Of a DNA stretch of 64,000 nt, positions 25,001 through 38,700 are shown piece after piece (position 1 is the first letter of the stretch; every line of letters starts with the position of its first letter). Position numbers and translations under genes: made by a program. The stretch is taken from NCBI GenBank assembly GCA_051362555.1, contig CM120640.1, forward strand, positions 57,390,788 to 57,454,787, given 5' to 3'. The notes beneath the pieces are model-generated. The model saw only the letters and a list, made by a program, of their open reading frames with translations, was not told the origin of the DNA and did not search any database. This stretch comes from Lingula anatina (Eukaryota; Animalia; Brachiopoda).

Positions 25001-28000
25001 TTGTCACTAGACAATTATCTAATCTTATATCTTATGTTAATATTTATGATAATAGCTATTATATAAAGATAATATGTAATATTGAATTTTGTCCAGGCAT
25101 CTTCAAGGCAACCAGTTCACTGATGTCCCTAGCAAAGCTTTGGAAAGCCTGTACTTTTTACAACAACTGTAAGTACTTTACTTTTGGTAACAGAATAGGA
25201 ATCAAAAAGAGCTTTGATTTATATTACATTTATAGAAGGGCATGCTGTTGTGATTTAAAAGAACAGGATTTTCTGAATGATAACAGATGCTGAAAAATAA
25301 TTCAAAATTAAAATAAATTGATCAGATTACAAGGTCATGATACTTACACTGTTAACGTGTATGTTTTTGACACAAAGACAACTGTAATTGAGAAGGTTAT
25401 CTTGTAAATGAATTAAGGTCAGGAACTGTTGTTGATTCAGATGTGAGAAAATAGTAAGTTTCCCTTTTTGATACAGCTTTAGGCTGGCATCATGTATTTC
25501 ATCTGATGTTCCCACAAAACAAGTGGTCATGTAATTACCCTCTGAGATAAATATATGTAGCTTCTTGATTCAAGTATGGCTATGTGAAAGACCAAAAGGA
25601 AATACTCCCAGAATTATAACCTGCACTGTATTTACAGTTTTTTTGTTTGTTTTGTTCTTTGGCAAAACAAGAATAAAGTGCAGTTTTTTCCCTATCAAAA
25701 CCACTTTTCTTATGCCCGCAGCCTGTAAATTTAGTTTGGACCAGTAGATTTTTCAGAATGTGTGAATTTAGTGGTCCCACATGGGCATTAGATTTTTTCT
25801 ATATGTTTTCAAAAGAGCTTTCAATTTGATTAAGTTAAAGTTAAAGCCAAAGACTACATAACGATTATGACATAACTTCATTATGTCATTACACCCACCT
25901 AACTGTGACACTGACAAGGTGCATTTTTCCTATGTTATTTATTTTCTTTAGAATGGTTTTCTTTAGAATGGTTTTAAATCTTGGATTTAGGTCACCTATA
26001 ATCTCAGCTCGTTCCACGTAAAATTTGGGCTTTGCCGGTATTGGGGTCTGGGTGTGGCACTCATTGCAATGCACCCTTGTCCAAAAATGGCAAAATTAAA
26101 TGCTAATTATCTACCCTTTGGAAGGGGTTATGGGAAAAATTTCTACAGACGGCTTTCCAAAAGTCATATGTGTAGATTTCAAATATGCCCTTGGATTTGA
26201 CCTTTGACCTTTACTTCAAGGTCAAACGGGCCAAAAATTTTAAAAAAATAATATTTTTTATGAAAAAATTTTTTTTTTTACCCTGTTATTCAGACACCAC
26301 ACAGACTTAACCAATAATATTATTGGAAAGTGTTACCCTTCAGGTCATCTTTCATCTCCGTGAATTTGGGGTCAATCGGTGCATTTTCACTGGAGTAACG
26401 GCCATAAGATGCTGAAACTGAAAACTGTCTCTAATTCGGGAACCGTTAATGCTAGAGACCCATTCTTTTTTGCATTTTGTAGAGCATGTAAAGCCCAACA
26501 CTGGAGGTGGTCTCCGTTTTTTTGTATTCCAAACGGTTTTCGAGTAACGCTATCAAAAAGTACATATTGGTGGTGAAAGCAAAATGTGCAGTACGGTATA
26601 GTCAGGTGGCTCAGTCCAAATTTTTTCCAGAATTGTGCAATAGATGATAAAAGCATGAAACTTTCCCCGATGAATAACCATTGGGTGTTCATCTATTTTG
26701 GATCAGGGGGTTGACAAACACCCAATGGTCATTCATCGTGGAAAATTTCATGCTGTTATCATCTTTTGCACAATTCTGGATAAAATTTGGACTGAGCCGC
26801 CTGACTACTTTTCACCATGAACTAAACTTTGCATATTTTGCTTCCCTTTCATATCCAAAACTGGCAGAGATAGGTCCATAGTTACTATTGGACTTGAATA
26901 GGAAGTCATATACTGGCAATCTAAATGTGACCTTGAAATTGACCTTTGACCTACTTTTCACCATGAACTAACCTTTGCAAATTTTGTTTCCCTTTTATCT
27001 CCAAAACTGGCAGAGATAGGTCCATAGTTACTATTGAATTTGAATAGGAAGTCATATACTGGCAATCTAAATGTGACCTTGAATTGACCTTTGACCTACT
27101 TTTCACCATGAACTGAACTTTGCAAATTTTGCTTCCCTTTTATCTCCAAAACTGGCAGAGATAGGTCCATAGTTACTATTGAACTTGAATGGGAAGTCAT
27201 ATACTGGCAATCTAAATGTGACCTTGAAATTGACCTTTGACCTACTTTTTACCATGAACTGAACTCTGCAAATTTTGCTGCCCTTTTATCTCCAAAACTG
27301 GCAGAGATAGGTCCATAGTTACTATTGAACTTTAATAGGAAGTCATATACTGGCAATCCAAATGTGACCTTGAAATTGACATTTGACCTACTTTTCACCA
27401 TGAACTGAACTTTGCAAATTTTGCTGCCCTTTTATCTCCAAAACTGGCAGAGATAGGTCCATAGTTACTATTGAACTTGAATAGAAAGTCATACACTGGC
27501 AATCTAAATGTGACCTTGAAATTGACCTTTGACCTTCTTTTCACCATGAACTGAATTTTGCAAATTTTGCTTCCCTTTCATATCCAAAACTGGCAGAGAT
27601 AGGTCCATAGTTACTATTGAAGTTGAATAGGAAGTCATATACTGGCAATCTAAATGTGACCTTGAAATTGACCTTTGACCTACTTTTCACCATGAACTGA
27701 ACTTTGCAAATTTTGCTTCCCTTTTATCTCCAAAACTGGCAGAGATAGGTCCATAGTTACTATTGAAGTTGAATAGGAAGCCATACACTGGCAATCTTAA
27801 TGTGACCTTAAAATTGACCTTTGACCTACTTTTCACCATGAACTGAACTTTGAAAATTTTGCTTCCCTTTCATATCCAAAACTGGCAAAGATAGGTCCAT
27901 AGTTACTATTGAACTAGAATAGGAAGTCATACACTGGCAATCTAAATGTGACCTTGAAATTGACTGTTGACCTACTTTTCACCATGAACTGAACTTTGCA

Positions 28001-31000
28001 AATTTTGCTTCCCTTTTATCTCCCAAACTGGCAGAGATAGGTCCAAAGTTACTTTTGAAGTTGAATAGGAAATCATATACTGGCAATCTTACTGTGAAAT
28101 TGACCTTTCACCTACCTTTTGATGAACTTTTGATATATTTTTTTGCATATTTTGAAAATTCTTGTTGATTGCATTTTTACAGCTTGTCAAGCAAAAGACT
28201 GGTGGCTGTGTCCCTTATTTTGTGTATGTGGGGGTCTATACGAATGCGCTTGCTCCAGCTGGTGGTACAATATTCGGAGGCGGTATCGCCTCTCTGATCC
28301 TCTAGTTTCTTTTGCTTTTGATTAACTGAGTAGTTTTGGTTTTTTAAAGTAAAAGCAAACAGCATGATTGGGTTATTTTTTATAATGATTTTTTATTTAT
28401 TTGGTAAATATTGTTGCAGTGTCTTTTACAATTTGGTGTGTGTATATCTGTTGACTTTGCTGTCTAGTTACTGTGCCTATTTTCACCTTCCCAGCGCCAT
28501 GATATTAATAAGGTTTGGAAAATGTGTAGAATTCTTTAAATGTTGTCTCAAGGAACTACAATAGTGCACAGCACGGATTTTTGTCAGGGATATATCAATT
28601 TATAATGAATGGTTAAAACATTTGTTAAAAGCTTAGTAACTGTTTAAGGTCTGATTTTGGACATTAATTTTCTTTTTTACAAAAATAATGATAATCATAG
28701 ATGATATGATATATAGATGCATTGATTGTTAATACTTCAGATGAGGCTGACTCATTCCATTTCTGTATCTGCAAGCCAATAATTTTTCTTATTTCAGACA
28801 TTTGGATGCAAACCAAATTCTCACTGTTCCTGCAGACGCCTTCTATAACATGCCATACCTAAAGCAGTTGTGGTTGGATGCTAATGAATTGACAGCTGTC
28901 CCTAGAGAGGCACTCAGCAGACTTCCAGCTCTGGAGGCACTGTGAGTTCCAAACAATAACCAAATGGACAAAGTTAATGTTAATTGCAGAAATTTAGACT
29001 ATTGGTAGTACATCATTTCAATATTTTTGTTTTTCAGCTTTTTCTTATTTTCAAGTTTCTTTTCAAAGGCAATTAGGAGAAAATCTTAGTCACAAATAAT
29101 TACATTAATTGTTTATTTGTTTAATTTTTTCTTTGTAGACACTTTTATTATAGGTTATATATGAAATTTTAGATAAGCACTATTTGCATTTTAATTGTAC
29201 TTTTTGCATATTCAACCACCTTGGTATAATATTTTGCAAAAGAAGAAAAAGAGAAAGGAAGAAAAGGAAAGAAATTCCATCTTGGCCATCAAGTTGTTAG
29301 TTGTAGGCCTGCAGGCCTAAAAGGCAGTACTGAAGACAGGCCGTGACAAGGGGTTGGACACATTAGTTTTCATCTAGGCTATAACTTGTCAGTCTTGGTA
29401 ACATTTCTAAGGCTTGGGAGTTTCGGAAGGAAATCCATGTCATCCACTGCCTTCCAGTATGAACAACCAGTCACACATATTTAGTGACTTACTTAGGAAA
29501 AAAAACATGAAACAGCTACTCTTGTAGATCACAGCATCATCAAGCATTCGGCCTGAAATTTGAAACATAACTGTTTCCTAAAAATTATTATCACTAAAAC
29601 ATTACTAAATAGAAATCCTTAGAACCACAAGCAGCTTACTAGATAAATTCCCATACTCCAAGAAGAAAATGTCTGTCTCTCATTTTATTTATAAAATTGG
29701 AAGTAAATATTATATTGCACCGAATAAAACATTTTTGTAATTTTCTTATGTGAAGTTGTGGGTAAAGATACACCTTACCTCATACCTTTATGGAAAAATG
29801 ACAAATGATTTAAACATGGTGATGCATAGAATCATCTTCTAGTAAATGTTATACTAAGGAAAACAGCTGTTCTGACTAAAGACAAGTTTTAACCAAGATA
29901 ATGTTACTTTAGCAAAATTTATTGGGTGATTATGCAGACATTTTACATTATCTGGCACCAAACCAGATTCTTAAAAAAATCATCATTTGTAGTCATTGGC
30001 AGATTTGTTTTTAGACTTATATCTACTATAGAAAAATGATTTTTACTTGTAAAAAAGCTCCAAGAAGCTGATCCCTTTTAAAGATTGATGAAGAGAATAA
30101 GATTAGATAAAAACGTATTTATTGTACTTGAAAAGAAACCTACGGACTATTACAAAGGGGCATCAAGTGCCAATAAGCAATCATGGAAATTTTCCAGCAA
30201 AGATTTTGGCCTATTGAAAGGTCATAATGGACATATTTTATATTTGTTCAGTTCTATTATTAGAAATCTGGTGAGGAATAGAAGGGGTAGATGGAATTTT
30301 CTGCTGCATTCTGACTTCCTGTTCACTTCTCTGATAAGGAAAAACATGCTAGATGATATAATTAATGATATTCAATGTTCTGAAGTGTTAATCATATTTA
30401 TATTAATACCAACCTTAATGTGACATCTGTCTGGTTTCAGGACATTAGCTGTTAACAATATCACTCAGGTAGAGGCTCACTCTTTTGCCAATAACAGGAA
30501 AATGGTTGTAGTGTAAGTGTTAATTAGCTGCCTGCCTATTTACGTAGTTTCATGAAGTGTCATTAATTAGTACATATACATTTGATTTTTTTGTAATTTA
30601 TACAGCATGTGATGTAGCAGAATTACTTTTAACAGTATGGATATGATTGTTGGAACTCCTTCCATGCTTTTTACATGAAGGCGCTTATCACACTCATGCT
30701 TTTCATTATCCATATTCAAACTTGAAACTTTGATTCTGATGTTGAAGTCTGGAAAATAAAAGCTTTTGAGTAAAATATGTATGAAACTTTCATAAAACAC
30801 TGGTTGAAAAACATGTCAATTAGCATTCAATTAATAGATTTGTTGATTTAAAAAAGTAGCAGTTTTTTTTAGTCAATATGAAGATTGATTAACTAATTTT
30901 TTTTCCAGTGACTTAATTATAGGATTTATATCCATGCAAAATATACTTAAAACACCTTATATTATGTCCGATACTTACTAAGTTCATAGATGTACACTTC

Positions 31001-32648
31001 TGTGCTAAGTTGCAGTCTATGGTCAAGAGATGTTCATCAGAAGCAGCCTTGGCATATTATTGTAACCATAATTCAACAGAAAGGACATTTAATCTGATAT
31101 TTCAGATTGCTGCACACAAATAACATAGGTATAATAGATGAAAAGGCATTTGGAGGATTAGCAGATTTGAAAACGCTGTAAGTGTGTGAACATCATAAGT
31201 CGTCCCACTTTTATATGCAGCCATAGTAGTGGCTGCACATATAACAGTTGCCATTTTGATGGAGATTTTTGAAAAATTTTCCCTGCTTTGAAACCTTGCT
31301 TTTGAGATATTAGGGGGAAAGGGACATTTCCTTTTGCCTGAAATAGGCTGGGGTCATCTGTGTTACTGACATACTATGTTTGAAAAACAACACTGGTTAG
31401 CAAAAATGTAATTTTTAGCAAGTATCAATCTGTGTTGAAGTCTTTTTCTTTGTTAGAAACTTCAGTGTTTTACAGGACTGTTGTTTAAACTGAAAAATGT
31501 TGTTATCCATTTTTAATGTAGGTAATCTACTGGGCTGTGCATTTGTCAGCTAAATTCAGCTGGTTTTTGCACAGCATGGAGTTAATCATTAAGTCACATT
31601 TATCAAACTAAAACTTTTTTCTTGAAAAAGAAAGTTAACATTTATACCTTGAAACAATTCTTAAAATTTGGATGAACTTTTTTTTTGAGGGGGGAGGGGT
31701 TAACATTTTAATTTTGAAGGCTTTACTGTTGATATCTTGTATACTCTGCAGGGAGCTGCAGAACAATAAGTTGAAGAGTGTCCCCATGGCCTTGAGGGAT
31801 CTGCCACAGTTGACAGAACTGTAAGTAAATCTGTGAAAGAGCTTTAGATTTATGAATCACATTATGCAAGTATTTCATATATCAAAGAAAAACTTTTGAA
31901 AAAAATTGAATACATTACTAAGAGAAATTATTGAGTCTGTGAGTATAAATCACATTGTAAACATAATAAGTGAACAGTGTGTATGTACTTTTTCGCCACA
32001 CCTTCCTGTGTTTGAAAGTGGTATATCTAATATAACCAGGAAATTAAAAAAGAAAGCAAGATTAGTGCATGATAATTTTTCTAGAGATCTTAGTGGGAAC
32101 AAAATCAACCATATTCCTGATGGAGCTTTTACATCAAATAAGGAGTTGAAGCTGATCCACCTGTCTGGCAACCCTATTCTTTCTCTAGGAACATTTGCAT
32201 TTACTCAGCTGCCATATTTGGAAAAACTGTATGTATACAATTGCTCATGTTATGCCATTGACAAAAAGGAAAAAAAAAAGTTTAAAAGTTTACTCTTTAA
32301 TAATATTTTTAATAAATCAAATAAATATTATACTTATTAGTACATTTATTTTCCATCGCAATCTCAAAATATTTAAAATTAAAACTGTTGTGAAGGGAAC
32401 TTTCTCCTTCACCTGTTTTGACAATTTTACACTATAAACTTCTTAAATCTTTGAAAAAAAATTGGGTGCAATTCTCAAGACTTTCAATTTAATTACAGAG
32501 TAATTGCGAATATTAAAGAACAGAAGGAGTTTCCATCTTTACAAGGCACTGGGAAGATCAATACCTTGAAGCTCAGTGGAGGAAGAATTGACAAGGTTCC
32601 TGAAAACCTTTGTGATTTGATTCCTGGCCTGACATCTCTGTAAGTATG

Positions 32649-32708
<60 letters not shown>

Positions 32709-35700
32709 CTAGACGTTTAACAGTGCACTAATTGAAATACATTTTCTTCATGATAGATGCACATAACAACAAATAATTGACAAACTGTAATTTCAGTATC
32801 TAAGCACCTATGACTTTTAGAATTGGACATCCATTTTTCTTTATTCTCGAACAGATGTGAATCTAATGAAAATACAAGTTTGATGATCATCTTTCTTCCA
32901 GAGATCTGCATTCAAACAAGATCAAAAATTTACCAGACCTCTCCAGTTGTACAAAACTGAAGATTCTGTGAGTAATGTGTTACAGCAGACCAAAGTTAAA
33001 AGATTGGCATTTTTGCCAATATGGTTTGTTAATCAGTACATGTAGGTTGACAATTAGAAACAGCATAATTCATCAAAAATAAGTTAGTTTCATATTCCGG
33101 TTTAGGTGTTTTGCAAGTATTTATGATTAAAGTAAGATGTTTAATGATTGAATTGTTTTCCAAAGACAGTTAGATTTATTAGATATATTTTATTTCCAGA
33201 AACTTTGCTGAAAATGAAATAAGCAGTTTGGAAAGCACACCCTTCAGGAATCTGCATAAGTTGACAGACCTTAACATCTCAAACAATTTACTCACAGAGT
33301 TACAGTTTGACGCTTTTCATGGACTACAGAGCCTGCTGTATTTGTAAGTAACATCTTAGCAAGTATAATCTGTGTACTGAGTCTGTAAGTGTTGGTGAAG
33401 TTGTAATTTTTTTTTTCTTGTAGGGCACAATATTTGTTTTAAAAAGCTCAGGATTTTTTCTGTTTTTGATAATTAATCAGTAATCCTGAACTACCGAATT
33501 ATGATCGTACTCGGAGAAAAGTAAACCTTTTGAATTAAAAAAGATTATTTGAACCCATGAAATTGTTATTTTTCTTTAAGGGAATTACAAAACAACCACC
33601 TGAGCAATATTGACAGAGATGCCTTTGGCAGTCTGACTTCTCTACAGGATCTGTATGTATCTTAGCATTCATGAACATTTTTTGAATATGGCTTATACAT
33701 TATATATTATCTGAAACTAACATGACTACTATGAAGATGTTAAACGTAGATTGTACTCCTACAGTTCATGATATAGCTATATTGGTATGTAAAAGAAGGC
33801 ATGATAATTTTTATAAAAATTAATTCTATTTTTTATTCTATATGAGCATGCCATTTATTATGAGGAATGTCTATCATTCCCATCTGAAATAGTTGATAAA
33901 TGTTAGTGTTATTCTTATTAACACATCCACACATGATGAATGTCATTCTGTTAATTCAGAAACCTAGCAAACAACCACATCCCCTCCCTCCCTACCAAGG
34001 GCTTAGTCAATCTTAGAAGTCTGAAGATAGACCAGAACTATGAGATGCGAGCATTTCCTTCAGTTGTGCAGTTCCCAGTTATTCAAAGTGTTCAAACTTC
34101 CTACACTTACCACTGCTGCCATTTCATGAATGAGGTGAGGTGGAATGTTTAATAAATAGATAAATTGTTTTAACATTCAATTTCCATGTTGACTGTTATT
34201 CATTAAGTACATAAAAATATTATCTGGCATTTGAATGTACTTTGTTGAGGTTTTTCCTCATGTTGCACCAGCACTACAGTGAATAGAGCCACCGGTATAG
34301 TACGAGAAATTCAAGAATGTATGTCTTTGACCATGTATTGATACGTATTTATTTACTTTTAAGGTATTATAACGATTTTGCACATTATGTTTTCTAGGGG
34401 AAATTCCTGGTGTCATCAGATTTGTACGTACCAGTGACTATGAACTGGACAGACTTGTCTGGTATGTCAGAACAGTGACCTCTTACATGGATTTATTAAT
34501 GAAACATGATTCATGGCATTATATCTGTAAACTGTTTGGAAGAAAAAATTGGCTTATGAATGGTCTTGAGTTGCATTTGAACAGTGATACCAAAAAGGAG
34601 AGATATGGCTTATTAGACCAAAATATCCCATGACACTTGCTGACGGTGTGTACAGGTTTTGGATGTGTCACATAGAGCTATTATTTAGGTGGTAGAGTTT
34701 TTTCTTAGATCGCAGAACAAGTTAAGTGTTTGAAACTTAGAAAAATAAATCAGATTGCTGTAATTTCCATGAGCCTAAGAAAAATAAAATAAATTGCTTA
34801 AAACACTTCCTTCAGTATCTTTCTTTTATCTTTTATACTTTATATTTTAAACTTTTTATACAGATTTTCCATCTAATCCAATGTACTCGGGTGAGGCACG
34901 GGACAGAGACAGGAGATCACTTGCTATAACCAGGAAAGTACCAGTCCAGTGCACACCTGAACCAGGTAAGGCAAATTCATTTGACACTTGAAGAAAAGTT
35001 AGATTGCTTCTTCAAAAGACATCATCACTCACAGGTAGGTGTATTGCAACCAATGCCCCACAGTGTTAAAAAATACAGCTTTTTTAATGTGTTAAATTAG
35101 TCCTTGCACTATACACCCATGTCACACAATTTCCCCCTTCAAGTTAAATAGAATAAATATTGGATAGACATGACCAATATGATTATTCGTATAGATCATG
35201 TTGATTACTAACTGGCCAATGTTGACTGGATATCTTCAGGTCCCCTGATGCCTTGTAACAATTTAATTGAGTGGTGGTCCCTGAGGGTTGGTGTGTGGCT
35301 GATTTTCCTGGTTGGAGCTGTGGGCTGTGCTTGTATTATCCTGGTCACCGTGGCCCAGAAGAGAAAGGTGGACACAAACAAGTTCTTGGTGTGTAATTTA
35401 GCTTGCGGTAACCTGTGTGTGGCTGTTTATCTGGGATTGTTGACCTCAGTGGATGCAAGCACAATAGGTAGATATATAGAGCTGAATATCTTGTATCTAA
35501 AGCTATTTCAGGCAGAACTGTGAAAATTGTCTGTGATATTAAGTAAAATTGAGTTGATCAATTTTAATATCCAATTTTTTTTGAAGGGGGGAGGGGTACT
35601 GAGAGTTTTCTGTCTGAAAATGATCACGTGTGAGTTGAATACTCTGGCAATGATGAAATGGTCAAATTTATATTGTGTTTCAAGATTTAATATGTTTTCA

Positions 35701-38700
35701 GTAGTGGTAAAATGCATTGTCTGTTTTACTTTAACACTTATAAGGTATACATAGAATTTGAGAAATTACTTTGATACTTCAATATGAACGCTACTATAAA
35801 ATTATAATAGAAAGTAAAAAATAGTGCTATATAAAAGTGCTATAATCATTACTAACAGGTATGATGACTAAAATTGTTGATATTATTGATCAGGTCAGTT
35901 TGAGTCTAGTGCCATAGGCTGGCAGTTTGGTTTGGGATGTAAGGCAAGTGGCTTTCTGGCAGTGTTTGGCACTCAACTCTCTGTCTTCACATTACTGTTG
36001 ATCACAGTAGAAAGAGTGTATGCTATTATCCATGCTGGAGACTTGCAGAAAAGAGTCCCTCTCAGGCATGCAGGTTGGTTTAAATCCCCAATTTATACTC
36101 AGAGGCAGCTTGTAAAATGTTCGTGACTATTTTCCATTAAACAAAATTGTATTTAGTTTGTAAAATGTAGATTTTTTATCTTCCACTTTATTGCAAGTAA
36201 AAAAAATAAAATAACTTAGAGTACACCAGCATATGGCTACAAAAACTTAGGGAAAACATAATTGAAATTAGTAGAAATACCCAAATATCAAAAGATGATA
36301 GCAAGTTTGCTTTATTTCAGCTTGTCTTGTGTCATTTATATGGTTGGTTGCTGTGCTGTTTGCTTCTCTGCCTTTGATTCATGTCAGCAGCTACTCCAAA
36401 TATGCCATCTGCCTGCCCATGGAGATAGGAGATGTAGCCTCAAAAGGTAACGCCAGAGCAATTTCTTGGTTTTTGAGAAAGTGAATTTCATAATAATATA
36501 GAACATAAAGTCAAGAATAAGATTTAGTTTTTAAAATTGGGTCTTTTTTTTTTTTAGTTAAGAAGATGTTTAAATAATAAAGTGTGAAAGGGTGGATTAA
36601 GTTCACTCAGTTGCATCTTTCATATCAGATGTGGTTTTGATGAAAGTTCGTTAATAGTCTAGATGACTGGTGCAAAAATTGCTCAAAAGGTGGAAAAAGC
36701 ATGAAACTTGGCACAAATGTTCTTTGGACTATGCTGATCATTTTCAAGGGCAGTGCCCAAAATTTCAAAGCGTTGCTTAGCAACCGTTGCTAAGGAAGTG
36801 ATTTACCTTAGTAACAAGCTAATTGGACCTTTCTTGTTCAGTTTAAATGATTTAAAAAGGCTTTTAATAATGTTTCAAACCATCAGAACTATCACTATAC
36901 TATTTTAAGACATTAAAAACCCAAGTAAACCATTGCAATAGTTGCTAGGCAGCATATTACCCTAGCAACAAGTATTTAACATGCTGAATTAGCCCAGAAA
37001 GTTAGTGTTAAGGTTGATTTTTTGTTGAGTTCCTCTAGACAGAGGGGAGTTCAAATGTCATTAATAATATCATTGATGTAAAAAAAACAAAAACATTTTT
37101 ACACCATCTTTTATGGAAAATAGTTTTTTAATTTTTTTCAATTTTTGAGTTTTGACATAATGGTTGTGATAAGATTTCATCTGGGGTTAAATTGAAATTT
37201 TCCTGAATTTCACTCAAAGAACCAATAAGGTTTGCCAAAAGGGATAAGAAGTTGCTTTTAGTATTTTTAATCCACCTTTTGTTACTACCGATTCCTGACA
37301 TTTTGCCAAGAAAAACGCTCTCCACTTACTCTTATTTTCTTCATAAAGAAGTCTCTTAAGCCATGTAAAGTTTAGGGCCTTGGAAAAATTTTTATTTGCT
37401 GTACCTTTTTCCGTCCATTTTTGTAATCAGACGCCATCCTTGCTCATTTTATTTTGTATCTTTTTCCATTCCTGATAAAGTTAAATATGATATGCATATT
37501 TTAAGTATTGAGGGAGGGGGGGGGGGGGGCTGGTAGGAGAGTTTATACATGCCCTACGTAAGATGAGAAATACTAAAGGTTTAACCACTGTTGACTTTCC
37601 TATTATTGAAAGGTTTCTCAGAGACCAGATTTCCAAGATATTTTTCATTTTGTTCAATATTTTCTAAAAAGTTTTTTCACATTGTATTTTGTCAGTTCAG
37701 CATGGTTCTATTTTAATTCTATTTGTTAATCAATAGAGTTCAAAAGTTTCTGTTCACACCCAAAGGCCGTTAGATGCCATATCTTACTTCCACCAAGGCT
37801 GCTCTACATCAATATAAGAGTATTCTTGCGAGATGAACATATCTGAATCAGCACTACGGTGCCATGTCATCAGATACCATGTGCTCACTCTGGTTGGACT
37901 TGTGCAGAACAGTGGGCCTAAGTGGACACATTTGCCAAAAGCTATTGACCTGTCCAGAGTTGCTTCAGTGTGCATGTAGGTGCAGATGTAGAGGCTGACA
38001 ATGTGCAAGGGCAAAATACACTGTATATTGCACATACAAGGGAGAATTAACTATTATTATTATTATTAACTATTGCAAAGTTTTATAAAGAGTCGTAAGG
38101 TGATAAAAGCATGGAAATGGCTGGTTACTAATTTTGAACATGCTGCCTTAAGTATCTGCACTGGCAATTTATTTGATCGGATGTGTGTAAACACACAATT
38201 GGTTCAACTTACTGGATTAAAAGTATGAACATCTTGCTCAAAAGTGTAGTTCTTAGCTAGTATTATAGATTTGCCTTACTTAATAGACTAACGCAACTTT
38301 AAATGCTTGTTGCTAGGGTAATATGCTGCCTAGCAATCGTGGCTAAGGTTAATTTGGGTTTTAATTGCCTTAAAATAGTCTAGTGATAGTTCTGATGCCC
38401 TGAAACATAGTTATTAGCATTTATAAACTTTTTAAACTGGACAAGAAAGGTCTAATTAGCTTGTTACTAAGGAAATTCACTTCCATAGCAACGGTTGCTA
38501 AGCAACGCTTGGAAATTTTGGGCACTGCCCTTGAAAATGATCAGCATAGACCAAAGAACAATTGTGCCAAGTTTCATGCTTTTTCCACATTTTGAGCAAT
38601 TTGGCCAAAATATAGCACCAGTCATCCAGACTATAACTAATTTATGATGATGTTATATTTTTTTTCAGTGTATGTGTGCATTTTGGTGGCTATTGATGGT

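Larger units (their letters stand above)
25975..28307 (+). mobile_element. HINE family A, copy 2 (5'-truncated) with an expanded tandem array
   Basis: 3' end ctggtggtacaatattcggaggcggtatcgcctctctgatcctctagtt is the reverse complement of the termini of copies 1 and 3; the body is homologous. Confidence 0.8.

Noticed and set aside
26805-28111. CRISPR-like regular repeat array
   Set aside because: Units are contiguous near-identical 146-mers with no unique spacers, in a eukaryotic transposon context.
30085-30423. 112-aa intronic ORF and similar short ORFs from the track
   Set aside because: AT-rich intronic composition with no motifs or splice support; the LGR exon chain is complete without them.
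37784-38035. 83-aa minus-strand ORF
   Set aside because: Antisense shadow of the plus-strand transposase remnant.
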